Assembly (NCBI GenBank): GCA_009377635.1
Contig: WHTR01000005.1
Span: 1 to 60,330 of the forward strand
DNA: 60,330 nt
Reading direction: 5' to 3'
DNA from: Chloroflexota bacterium
Lineage (GTDB): Bacteria > Chloroflexota > UBA6077 > SHYK01
Part shown: piece after piece, positions 1-8,564 of the stretch
Numbering within the stretch: position 1 is the stretch's first letter
Layout of the letters: each line of letters starts with the position of its first letter
Notes under the pieces: model-generated
Told to the model about the DNA's origin: nothing
Databases searched by the model: none
What the model saw: the letters and a program-made list of their open reading frames with translations, nothing else
Position numbers and translations under genes: made by a program

Positions 1-154
1 AAAGGACGATCGCGACCACAATGGCGGTGACCACCGCGCCGTTCAATCCGTCAAGCCATCCCCACGCACGACCAAACCGGCCGTTCGACCCATTGTCTCG
101 GCGCCACGGGTCTTGCCGGGCGTCCCATGGGCGCTCGGGGTCGCGACCCTCCAT
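1..154 (-). CDS. Partial (3'-truncated by window edge) membrane protein, [10 protein letters not shown]...[13 protein letters not shown]
   Basis: Manual translation. ATG at 154 overlaps the upstream TGA (TGATG coupling), the frame is open to base 1, and it ends in a hydrophobic stretch. Confidence 0.55.
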   Translation of the reverse strand, partial: MEGRDPERPWDARQDPWRRDNGSNGRFGRAWGWLDGLNGAVVTAIVVAIVL

Positions 155-648
155 CAGACGACTCCGCCGCCATCCCTGCCGCGGCCCCGCCTGAGAGGTG
201 TGGGTGTGCGTGTTGGCGTGCGAATGATCGTTCCGGGCGGAACGCCAATGACGCTCGCGCTCGGCGTTGGGGTGATGGTAGGCGACGGCGTGGGAGTCTT
301 CGTCGGGGTCATCGTCGGGGTGGGGGTTGGTTCAGGTGTCTCAGTTGGCTCGGGGGTTGCGGTGGCAGTGGGGGTGGGCGTTCGCGTGACCGTTGGTTTC
401 GTCGTCGCAGTGAGTGCCGGCGTCGAGGACGGCGTGATCACTGGCGGCGCCGGAGGCGGGGGCGCGGCGCTCAGCGTCGGGGTGAAGGACGCGAGACGCC
501 AGAATCCTAACGCATAGAAGGGTAGAGTCGCGAGACAGATGGAGAGGAACAGAACCGTCAGGTTCCGCTGCGACGGCGAAAGCCCCTCGTACCAAGTCCG
601 AATGCTGCCACTCCGTTCCCGAGCGCCCAGGGGCCCGGCCGCACAGTG
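154..648 (-). CDS. Membrane-anchored Pro/Thr-rich protein (start uncertain)
   Basis: The frame of ORF 154..441 stays open up to a TGA at 649-651. It encodes a TM helix ([24 protein letters not shown]) followed by a PTPT-repeat tail. There is no ATG/GTG/TTG start before the TM helix. Confidence 0.6.
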   Translation of the reverse strand, partial: HCAAGPLGARERSGSIRTWYEGLSPSQRNLTVLFLSICLATLPFYALGFWRLASFTPTLSAAPPPPAPPVITPSSTPALTATTKPTVTRTPTPTATATPEPTETPEPTPTPTMTPTKTPTPSPTITPTPSASVIGVPPGTIIRTPTRTPTPLRRGRGRDGGGVV

Positions 649-688
649 TCATTGAAAGGCCGCAGGCCGAAGAATCATTGCTTCCTTG

Positions 689-2263
689 TCAGATCCGGAC
701 GGCCTTGACGTATTCGAATCCGGGGATCTCCCGAATCCGCTTGAACACCTTGGGTGGGATGGGGTCGTCCACAAACGAGAGCATAAGGGCCGGCCCTCGG
801 GGCCGCTCGCGGCCAACCTGCATGGCTGAGATGTTGATGTCATTCTCCCCGAGGATCGTTCCGAGCCTCCCGATCATCCCCGGCTGGTCGGTATGGTGGG
901 TCAGCAGGACATAGCCGCCGGTCGGCACGACGCTGACCCAGTAGTCGTCTATTCGAACGATGTGGGGCTCCGCGGCGATGATCGTTCCGCCGACGAGCGA
1001 ACGGCCGCGGTCGGTTTCGACGCGCACGGTGATCAGATTCGCGTAGTTCTCTGTCTCGCCGCTCTTCCGCTCCGTGATATTGAGCCCCCGGTTGCGAGCG
1101 ACGATCGTCGCGTTGACCAGCGTCACGGTCTCCTCGGAGATTGGCTGGAGGAGCCCGCGGATTACCGCGGCGCGAGGGGCGGCGGTGTCATACTCGGCGA
1201 TCTCTCCGCTGTAGGTGATCTCGACGCGCCTGAGCTGTCCCTCAGCGAGCTGCGTGGCGAGATTCCCGAGGACCTGCGCCATCTGCGCGTACGGAGTCAG
1301 GACGCGCGCGGTTTCAGCGGAGACGGCGGGCGCGTTCACGGCGAATGCGGCCGGGCGGCCTTCGAGTACCGCGACGATCTGCTCGGCAAGCTCGACTGCC
1401 ACGTTGACCTGGGCCTCCACCGTGCTGGCTGCCAGGTGTGGCGTCGTCACGATTCTCGGATGACGGAGCAGCGCGAGGTTCGTCGCGGGTTCCTCGCGGA
1501 ACACGTCCAGCGCAGCGCCCGCGATGGCCCCGAGGTCCAAGGCGTCCAGGAGCGCGTCCTCGTCCACGATGCCGCCCCGGGAGCAGTTCACGATCCAGGC
1601 GGTTGGCTTCATGCGCGTGAACTCTGTCTTTCCGATCACCCCGTCCGTCTGCGGCGTCGCTGGGACGTGGATCGTCAGAAAGTCCGACTCGGCCAGCAGC
1701 GTGTCGAAGTCGACCAGGCCGACACCAATCCGGCTGGCGTGCTCCTGCGACACATACGGGTCGTGCGCGATCAGCCGCATCTCGAAGCCGAGCGCCCGCT
1801 TCGCGACCTCGGTCCCGATTCGCCCGAGTCCGAGCACGCCGAGCGTCTTCCCGTGGATCTCGACGCCCATGAACTTTGACCGCTCCCACCGACCCTCGCG
1901 CAGAGCCGCCGACGCCTGGGGAATGTTTCGCGCCGCGGCGATGATGAGTCCGAGGGTGTGCTCAGCAACGGCGATCGTGTTCCCGGCCGGCGCATTGACG
2001 ACAACGATCCCACGCGCCGTTGCCGCGTCGACGTCAATGTTGTCGACCCCGACGCCCGCTCGGCCGATGACCTGGAGCTTCGTCCCAGCCCTGATGACAT
2101 CGGCGGTCACCTTGGTCTCGCTGCGGACGACGAGCCCTTCGTAGCCGGGAATGAGCTCGAAGAACGCCTCGCGGGACAGTCCGAGGCGGACGTCTACCGG
2201 AGTGTGGCGCGCCAAAGCGTCGACCCCGTCGGCTGCGATCGGGTCAACGACGAGTACCGCCAC
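689..2263 (-). CDS. serA: D-3-phosphoglycerate dehydrogenase with C-terminal ASB/ACT domains
   Basis: GRAGVGVDNID, GLGRIG Rossmann motif, TPHLAAST, ACT domain (DQPGMIG...NISAMQVGR). Confidence 0.96.
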   Translation of the reverse strand: MAVLVVDPIAADGVDALARHTPVDVRLGLSREAFFELIPGYEGLVVRSETKVTADVIRAGTKLQVIGRAGVGVDNIDVDAATARGIVVVNAPAGNTIAVAEHTLGLIIAAARNIPQASAALREGRWERSKFMGVEIHGKTLGVLGLGRIGTEVAKRALGFEMRLIAHDPYVSQEHASRIGVGLVDFDTLLAESDFLTIHVPATPQTDGVIGKTEFTRMKPTAWIVNCSRGGIVDEDALLDALDLGAIAGAALDVFREEPATNLALLRHPRIVTTPHLAASTVEAQVNVAVELAEQIVAVLEGRPAAFAVNAPAVSAETARVLTPYAQMAQVLGNLATQLAEGQLRRVEITYSGEIAEYDTAAPRAAVIRGLLQPISEETVTLVNATIVARNRGLNITERKSGETENYANLITVRVETDRGRSLVGGTIIAAEPHIVRIDDYWVSVVPTGGYVLLTHHTDQPGMIGRLGTILGENDINISAMQVGRERPRGPALMLSFVDDPIPPKVFKRIREIPGFEYVKAVRI

Positions 2264-2271
2264 GGCACCGC

Positions 2272-3366
2272 CTACCGCGTCGAGACGGGGGCAACGTGGC
2301 TGATGACCTCGCCCAGCGGATGGATCGCCGCGTCGATGTCCGCCTCGCTGACCCAGCCGAGGTGGCCGATGCGCATCGTCGTCTTGGTGATGGAGCCCTG
2401 GCCGAGCGCGAGTACCGTGTCGTACTCCTCCTCAAGCTCCTTGGCGATCGCGCGGGAATCGATCCCCTCGGGTGTACAGAACGCCGTTACGGTGTTCGAA
2501 GCATGGGGCGGATCGGCGAAGAGCTTGAGCCCGAGCGAGGCCACGCGCTCACGGCAATACCGGGCGATGCGCGCATGTCGTGCGAACACCTGCTCGCACC
2601 CCTCATCGACCAGGAGCCGCAGGCCCTCGCGCAGGGCGTACATGACGCTGACAGCCGGCGTCCACGGCGTCTCACCGTGCTCGATGTACCGCTTGGCCTG
2701 GGTGAAGTCCCAGTAGAATCGCGGCAGCGTTGCTCTGGCGTGCCGTTCCCAGGCGAGGGGACTCACCGATGCGAAGGCCAGGCCCGGCGGCGCCATCCAT
2801 CCTTTTTGGGACCCGCTGAGCACAACATCGCAGCCCCACTCGTCGGTCAAGACCGCGATCGACCCGATGGAGCTGATGCCATCCACGATGAGGAGCTTGT
2901 CGCGCTGCTTGACGACGCCGGCGAGCGCCGCCAGGTCATTCGTTACGCCGGTGGAGGTTTCGTTGTGCGTCACGACGACGGTGGTCACGGCGGGGTCCGC
3001 ATCAAGCCGGCGAGCGATCTCGTCGGGATCCGCGGCCTGGCCCATGGGAAAGTCAACCTTGACGAGGTCGATCCCGAACCGGCGCGCGATCTCGGCGAAG
3101 CGATCGCCGAAGTTGCCGATGGAAACGACCATCGCCCGCTCCCCGGCGGAGAGGGTGTTCACAAGGGCAGCCTCCATCGCGCCGGTCCCCGACCCGGTGA
3201 GGATCAAGAGGTCGTTCTTCGACTGAAAGAACTGCTTGAGGTGATCGGTAACTTCGGCGATGATCTCGCCGAACTCCGGCCCGCGGTGGTTGATCATCTG
3301 CTTCCGCTGTGCCTCACGTACGCTCGGTGGCAGCGGAGTCGGGCCGGGAATACGAAGATTCATCAA
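2272..3366 (-). CDS. Class V PLP aminotransferase (alanine-glyoxylate/serine-pyruvate family, probable phosphoserine aminotransferase role)
   Basis: PGPT, GSGTGAME, HNETSTG, SGSQKG (PLP lysine), RIGHLG; directly upstream of serA. Confidence 0.9.
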   Translation of the reverse strand: MMNLRIPGPTPLPPSVREAQRKQMINHRGPEFGEIIAEVTDHLKQFFQSKNDLLILTGSGTGAMEAALVNTLSAGERAMVVSIGNFGDRFAEIARRFGIDLVKVDFPMGQAADPDEIARRLDADPAVTTVVVTHNETSTGVTNDLAALAGVVKQRDKLLIVDGISSIGSIAVLTDEWGCDVVLSGSQKGWMAPPGLAFASVSPLAWERHARATLPRFYWDFTQAKRYIEHGETPWTPAVSVMYALREGLRLLVDEGCEQVFARHARIARYCRERVASLGLKLFADPPHASNTVTAFCTPEGIDSRAIAKELEEEYDTVLALGQGSITKTTMRIGHLGWVSEADIDAAIHPLGEVISHVAPVSTR

Positions 3367-3391
3367 ATCCTCCGTGGCATGAACGCATTAT

Positions 3392-3411
3392 GCCATGCAC
3401 CCTTGCATGGC
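3392..3411. promoter_or_regulatory. Palindrome GCCATGCA-N4-TGCATGGC abutting a minus-strand CATAAT -10-like box upstream of the ser operon
   Basis: Perfect 8-bp inverted repeat read from the sequence; operator role is inferred. Confidence 0.35.
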
Positions 3412-3492
3412 CACCATCCCATTCAACCGCGGCCCGATCATCATTCCCGTCAGGGCCGTTTAGGGACGTTCGGGCTCGACGAACGAATGCCC

Positions 3493-3516
3493 GGAGCCCT
3501 TCCTCGGAAGGGCTCC
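3493..3516 (-). terminator. GC-rich hairpin after the methyltransferase gene
   Basis: GGAGCCCTTC-CTCG-GAAGGGCTCC, 6 nt past the TGA at 3523-3525; no strong U tract. Confidence 0.5.
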
Positions 3517-3522
3517 AACGTC

Positions 3523-4632
3523 TCAGGGGACGAGGCGGTAGAGGCGGAACGTGTCGTGCTCGATGGGCAGCACCTCCATCTCGCGGAACCCCGCGTCGAG
3601 GGCGTAGCGCCGGAGCGTGTCAGGTCGCATCATCGTGCCGGTAGCAGCCGACGGCTGCTCTGCCATGGCGACCGGCAGTCAGCAGACGACGCTGAAGCCG
3701 TAGAAGAGGCGTTCCAGCTCGTCGCCGGGCGCGGTGAACGTCTCCGCGACCCGCTCGTCCACGACCAGTACCGATGCGCCCTCGCCGAGCAGACCGCGCA
3801 TCGAGCGCAGCGCCTCGACGGGACGCGGGAAGTCGTGGAGCGACTCGCACATGATGGCGAGGTCGTATCGACCGGCGAGCGCTGGGTCCGATGCGTCGCG
3901 AGCATGGAAGTGGACCCGATCCTGCACACCCGCCGCCGACGCATTCGCCCGTGCCAGCTCGATGACGGCCTCGTCCGGGTCGAACCCATCCACCTGCACA
4001 GCAGGGTACGCCCGGGCGATCGCGATGCTGGACCAGCCTGCTCCACAGGCGACGTCGGCCACGTGGCCAGGTCCCTCGCGCTGGAGCCGAGGGTGGACGT
4101 CGGGGATCGCCGGCAGCCACTCGTTTCCCAGGAGCTGGAGGAAGATGGGCCGGTTCTGCTGCGCCTGCGCTTCCCGTGCGTCGGCCCCGTAGTCGCGCCA
4201 AGGGATGCCGACGCCCGTCCGGAACGCATCGACGACGTCCGGCAGGCGTCTGCCGATGCACGCGGCGTACCGCCCGAAGAATGCGAGGTGGCTGAGGCTA
4301 TCGGGATCGAGGAGCACCTCGGCGTGCCCGGGCGGCAGGCGGTAGCGACGTGCGCCCGGCTCTGCCCCGGCGTCGTTGACGTTCAGGATGCCGGTGACTG
4401 CCTGCTGTTCGAGCCACTCGCGCACGTAACGCTCGTGGGTCCCAGATCGTGCGGCGAGCTCCATCGCCGTCGCGGGACCACCGTCGTTCAGGACGCGGTA
4501 CAGGTCGAGACGATCACCGATATAGACCGTCGAGAGATCCATCGTGTCGAGCAAGGCCTGGAACAGACGACCCACAAGGGCGTCTCGCTGCTCGGCCACC
4601 TGCTCGACGGTCGCCCCGTTCGTGTCAGTCAT
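3523..4632 (-). CDS. Winged-helix + class I SAM-dependent methyltransferase (Rv2258c-like), 369 aa if the in-frame UGA at 3679-3681 is read (candidate selenocysteine)
   Basis: RBS GGAGGAG, ERYVREWL wHTH, DVACGAG motif I. After the UGA the frame continues LPVAMAEQPSAATGTMMRPDTLRRYALDAGFREMEVLPIEHDTFRLYRLVP*, the expected C-terminal helix and strands. Confidence 0.88.
3636..3678 (-). promoter_or_regulatory. Candidate bacterial SECIS element
   Basis: Immediately 3' of the UGA: lower stem UGCCGGU/ACCGGCA, upper stem AGCAGCC/GGCUGCU, apical loop GUC beginning after 26 nt. Confidence 0.55.
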
Positions 4633-4803
4633 CGATCTCTCCTCCCAGCCGGATGAGTCTGGTCGGCCCGGCTGTCACCATGAGTCTAGGCGGGGCGCGC
4701 GGATCCGGCATCGGGGAAACCACCTAGCTTCAGAGGACCCGAGTACCGGACTTCCGGAGCGGCAGGATACCAGTCTCCGGCGCCGAGCGCGCGGGTAGGC
4801 GTC

Positions 4804-7800
4804 CTAAATGTCCGGAGGCTCGATGCCCCGCTCGACCACCCACGCGGCGATCTCGGCGCGCCTGGAGTGGCCAAGCTTCGACATAATGTTGGCGACGTGC
4901 GCCTCGACGGTTCGCGCGCTGAGGAACAGTTCGTCGGCGATCGCGCGGTTGGTGCTGCCCCGGGCGATCAGCGCTGCTATCTCCCGCTCGCGCTCCGTCA
5001 GTCCGCCGAAGGCCTGCTTGGCGGCGACTCGCGTCGACGTCGGGCGAAGGCGCGGGAAGAGGGCCGTCGCGCGCTGGAGAAACTGGTCCCGCAGCGCGCG
5101 GTGGGGCAAGTCGGCGGCGAGGTCGTTCACGATGGCGCGGCTGGCGGAGAGCTCCGCCTCGGCCTCCGGACGGTGCCGTTGCAGACGGTACACATTGCCG
5201 AGGGCGAGGTGGATCCGCCACAGCAGCGGGCGCGCACCTTGAGCGAGCGCCGCGTCTCGAGCGTGTCGAAGCGTGTCCTCAGCATCATCCAGTCGGCGCG
5301 CCGATGTGAGGGCCTCGCCTCGGAGCTTCAACAGGCGCGGAATAGGCTCGGCAGGGTGCGCACTCGGTCCGGCTGCGAGTAAATGGTCGAGGATGTGCAG
5401 CGCCTGAGTCGCGTCGCCCCGGGCCAGCGCGTGCTCGGCGCGGGCGCAGGCGAGCATGCGTTGGAAGAGGGTTGCCGCCATGTCGGCTCCGAGCGCCTCG
5501 CCGATCAGTGTATCGGCCCGCGAAAGGTCCCGCATGGCGATGCACGTCCGGGCGAGAAAAGCCGACACCTCTCGAAGAAAGAGAGACGAGCCGATCTCCC
5601 CGGCCAGTGCCAACGCTTCCTCGAGATGCTGGCGCGCTGCGGGGAACGCGAGGAGATCCAGATGGAGCGCCCCCAGCGCGCAGCGGGCCTGGGTCATCCA
5701 CTGGCGGTGATCGATCTCGCGCGCGACCTCGAGGGAGCGCTGGGCCGCCTCCAGGGCCCGCGCGTAGTGGCCGGCGGCACCGAGGCACATGGCCAGCTCC
5801 GCAAGCGCGTACGACTCGCCGGCGCGCCAGCCGATATCGCGAGCGATAGCCAGTGACTCCTCCGCATAGGGCACCGCCTCCGGCAGAGCGACCGGCGCTG
5901 GCGGCGCCGTATCGGCCTCGTAGGATCCAGTACACAACGACATGGTCGCGAGGATCGAGGAGAGGCCCTGGCGATCGTCCAGCTCGCGGAAGAGTGCGGC
6001 CGCCTTCCGTCCATAATCCCAGGTGTCCCACGCATCGCCACGGCCAGCGCTGGCCATCGCCAATAGGTCCAGCGTTGATGCCACCCCCCGGCGATCGCCC
6101 AGTCGTTCGAACATCGCCAGCGCCTCCTTGTGATACGTGATCCCCTCGTGCGGCTGCTCGACGTTCACGTACCAGTTCCCGACCCGATTCAGGCTCTCGG
6201 CGATGGCGTCCGGGTGACCCAGCTCACGTGCCAGGTCGAGGGCGCTGCGAAAATACTCGCCCGCTTGGCCGTAGTCGCGCGCGGCCCAGAGGAAGCCGAG
6301 GTCGATGAGCGCTTGCCAGACTGCCCGCTGATCTCCAGCCTCACGCCCGACGCTGAGCGACTCCTCGTAGTCGCTGCGTGCGGCCTCGAGGTCGCCGAGC
6401 GCTTCGTACGCGCGCCCTCGCGCGCGGTGCAGGCTCTCGGGTGGGGCACGACCGAGCCGCTCCGCCGCCTCGATGGCCCGCGTGAAGCACAGCGCCGCGG
6501 CCCGGGGCGTGTAGAGCGCCTGCGCTCGATCTCCAAGCCGCTGGGCGTATTCGAGGGCCTTCTCCCAGATGCCGCCCCGATAGAAATGATCGGCCAGATC
6601 CACCAGGTGCCTGTCCGTCGGCTCGGCGTACATCCGCTCCATGACCTCGGCGACGCGACGATGAAGGCTGCGACGCTCGGGTGCAAGGAGCTCTCCGTAC
6701 ACCGCCTCCTGCGTGAGCGCATGGCGAAAGGCGAATTGATCCGGCGATGTCTGGACGACGAGCTGCTCAGCGAGCAGCTCCCTCAGGACCTCCCAGAGCT
6801 GGCTCTCGTCGATCGTGGCCAGCGCTTGCAGGAGGGCCAGATCGAAACGCCGCCCGGCAACCGCGGCGAGCTGGACGATCCGTCGTCCGGCCGGGCTCAG
6901 TCGGCTCGTCCGCCTCTGGACCGCGTCCTGCAGGCTCCGGGGGACGGGCCATCGGCCCGGCTCGCGCGCAAGCGCCGACAATGTGTCGTGCCCGGTGGTG
7001 AGCGATCTCAGGACTTCCTCGATGTAGAACGGATTCCCCTCCGTGAGGGTGTGGACTGCGTCCAGAAGGCCGGGGGGTATGGGGCGCTCCGGCCCGAGAA
7101 GCGAACGAAGCATCACGTCTGTGTCCGAACGGCTGAGGGGCTCGAGCCGCAGCTCGCTGCCCAGCCGTTCGCGGTCGACGGTTGCGAGAAAGCGGGCAAA
7201 GCCTTCGTGTGCTTCGTCGCTTCGGTAGGTCGCAAGCAGCAGGATCGCTTGGCGGCCGATGCGCCGAGCGACATACAGCAGGAACTCCAGGCTCGTGTCG
7301 TCGCTCCAGTGCAGGTCCTCCATGATCAGCAGGAGGGGATGTCCCTCGCCAACGGAGGTAAAGAACTTGGCGAGGCTGTGAAAGAGGCGATGCTTCTCCT
7401 GCTCCGCGTCGAGCGCTGGCGCCGGGGCAGCCTCCAGTCGCGAGGCCAGATCGGGCACAAGTTTTGTCAAGTCCCCTGCAAGGGGTCCGAGGTGTGCAGA
7501 GGCTTGCTGGGCGAGCTGGGCTGCTGGGAGCCGCTCGAATAGGTCGACCATCGGGGCGTACGGAAGGGTACGGTCCGTCTCGTAGCAATGTCCCTCGAGG
7601 ACGACGAACTCCGGGGAGCCGGCATATGACGTCGTCTCAGCGACGAGTCGTGATTTTCCCATGCCGGCCTCCGCCGCTATAAGGACGAGTGCCCCGTTGC
7701 CATGCTCCACATCGTCAACAATGTCATGAAGAGCATGGATGTGGGTACCACGACCGACGGTCACCGGGCAGACGAGGGGCGCATTGATGGGAAGCGTCAT
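4804..7800 (-). CDS. Large ATP-binding LuxR-family (LAL/MalT-like) regulator: AAA ATPase, TPR region, C-terminal LuxR HTH
   Basis: AEAGMGKS Walker A, LLLIMEDLHW Walker B, GNPFY, TPR-like helices, GLTEREREIA...IADELFLSARTVEAHVANIMSKLG. ATG 7800 preferred over 7902. Confidence 0.92.
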   Translation of the reverse strand: MTLPINAPLVCPVTVGRGTHIHALHDIVDDVEHGNGALVLIAAEAGMGKSRLVAETTSYAGSPEFVVLEGHCYETDRTLPYAPMVDLFERLPAAQLAQQASAHLGPLAGDLTKLVPDLASRLEAAPAPALDAEQEKHRLFHSLAKFFTSVGEGHPLLLIMEDLHWSDDTSLEFLLYVARRIGRQAILLLATYRSDEAHEGFARFLATVDRERLGSELRLEPLSRSDTDVMLRSLLGPERPIPPGLLDAVHTLTEGNPFYIEEVLRSLTTGHDTLSALAREPGRWPVPRSLQDAVQRRTSRLSPAGRRIVQLAAVAGRRFDLALLQALATIDESQLWEVLRELLAEQLVVQTSPDQFAFRHALTQEAVYGELLAPERRSLHRRVAEVMERMYAEPTDRHLVDLADHFYRGGIWEKALEYAQRLGDRAQALYTPRAAALCFTRAIEAAERLGRAPPESLHRARGRAYEALGDLEAARSDYEESLSVGREAGDQRAVWQALIDLGFLWAARDYGQAGEYFRSALDLARELGHPDAIAESLNRVGNWYVNVEQPHEGITYHKEALAMFERLGDRRGVASTLDLLAMASAGRGDAWDTWDYGRKAAALFRELDDRQGLSSILATMSLCTGSYEADTAPPAPVALPEAVPYAEESLAIARDIGWRAGESYALAELAMCLGAAGHYARALEAAQRSLEVAREIDHRQWMTQARCALGALHLDLLAFPAARQHLEEALALAGEIGSSLFLREVSAFLARTCIAMRDLSRADTLIGEALGADMAATLFQRMLACARAEHALARGDATQALHILDHLLAAGPSAHPAEPIPRLLKLRGEALTSARRLDDAEDTLRHARDAALAQGARPLLWRIHLALGNVYRLQRHRPEAEAELSASRAIVNDLAADLPHRALRDQFLQRATALFPRLRPTSTRVAAKQAFGGLTEREREIAALIARGSTNRAIADELFLSARTVEAHVANIMSKLGHSRRAEIAAWVVERGIEPPDI

Positions 7801-7904
7801 GGCCGTTAGCTTACCACCGCCTCTCACAGGTCGGGCCCACCGGGTTTTCTCATTCCACCGTGACACCCGCGTTCCGACGGCGCTCCAGCTTACGGGTTTC
7901 ACTC

Positions 7905-8493
7905 TGGATTCCGTTTAGAATACGTGCGGCTCAGCCACGCCGTCAGCCTCAAGGCGCCGGAGGCGCTATGACCGACCTCGCCTCGAAGATTCGGGCGATC
8001 CCGGATTTCCCAATCCCGGGGATCCTGTTTCGGGATATCACGCCCCTCCTGGCGGACCCCGTGGCCTTTCGCACCACCGTTGACCAGCTTCACGATCGGG
8101 TGCGCGATCTCAGGATCGATGTCGTTGTGGGAATGGAGTCGCGCGGATTCATATTCGCGGCGCCACTGGCCTACCTCCTGGGCGCCGGACTCGTGCCCAT
8201 CCGGAAGCTCGGGAAGCTGCCCGCTGAGACGGTGAGCGCAGAGTACGACCTCGAATATGGAAAGAACAGCGTGGAGATGCATCGCGACGCCATCTCGGCG
8301 GGCCAGCGGGTGCTCGTCGTCGACGACCTCATCGCGACCGGTGGCACGGTCGAGGCCACGCTGAGCCTCATCCGGCGACTGGGTGGCGAGGTCGTCGCGT
8401 GCCTGTTCCTCATCGAGCTGCAGGAGCTGAATGGGCGCAGTCGCGTCGACGGCGCGCGGGTCATCTCGCTGCTCCCCTACTAAACGGAATCCA
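7905..8493. repeat. 14-bp perfect inverted repeat pair flanking apt (7905-7918 TGGATTCCGTTTAG / 8480-8493 CTAAACGGAATCCA)
   Basis: Exact reverse complements read from the sequence. Confidence 0.7.
7968..8483 (+). CDS. apt: Adenine phosphoribosyltransferase
   Basis: PDFPIPGILFRDI, ESRGF, RKLGKLP, YDLEYG, VVDDLIATGGT; GGAGG RBS before ATG 7968. Confidence 0.96.
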   Translation: MTDLASKIRAIPDFPIPGILFRDITPLLADPVAFRTTVDQLHDRVRDLRIDVVVGMESRGFIFAAPLAYLLGAGLVPIRKLGKLPAETVSAEYDLEYGKNSVEMHRDAISAGQRVLVVDDLIATGGTVEATLSLIRRLGGEVVACLFLIELQELNGRSRVDGARVISLLPY

Positions 8494-8564
8494 AGGTGAT
8501 ACCCGCATGATGGCGTCCCTCCGGAATGCGGGTGGCACTGTGGAATAGAAATAGGGACCGCCAC

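Noticed and set aside
200-440. Repetitive DNA as a CRISPR or tandem array
   Set aside because: Explained by Pro-Thr codon repeats; no constant repeat-spacer structure and no cas genes.
705-730. TTCGAATCC resembling a tRNA T-loop
   Set aside because: Inside serA, with no cloverleaf around it.
2296-7542. Long plus-strand ORFs 2296..4656 and 6130..7542 (and similar shadow ORFs throughout)
   Set aside because: Antisense to well-supported genes, with no motifs; typical of high-GC codon bias.
7870-7890. GACGGCGCTC resembling the 3' part of an SAH riboswitch before the SAM operon
   Set aside because: The 5' conserved GAGGAGCG/CAGGCUC elements are absent, and it lies upstream of the likely -10 box.
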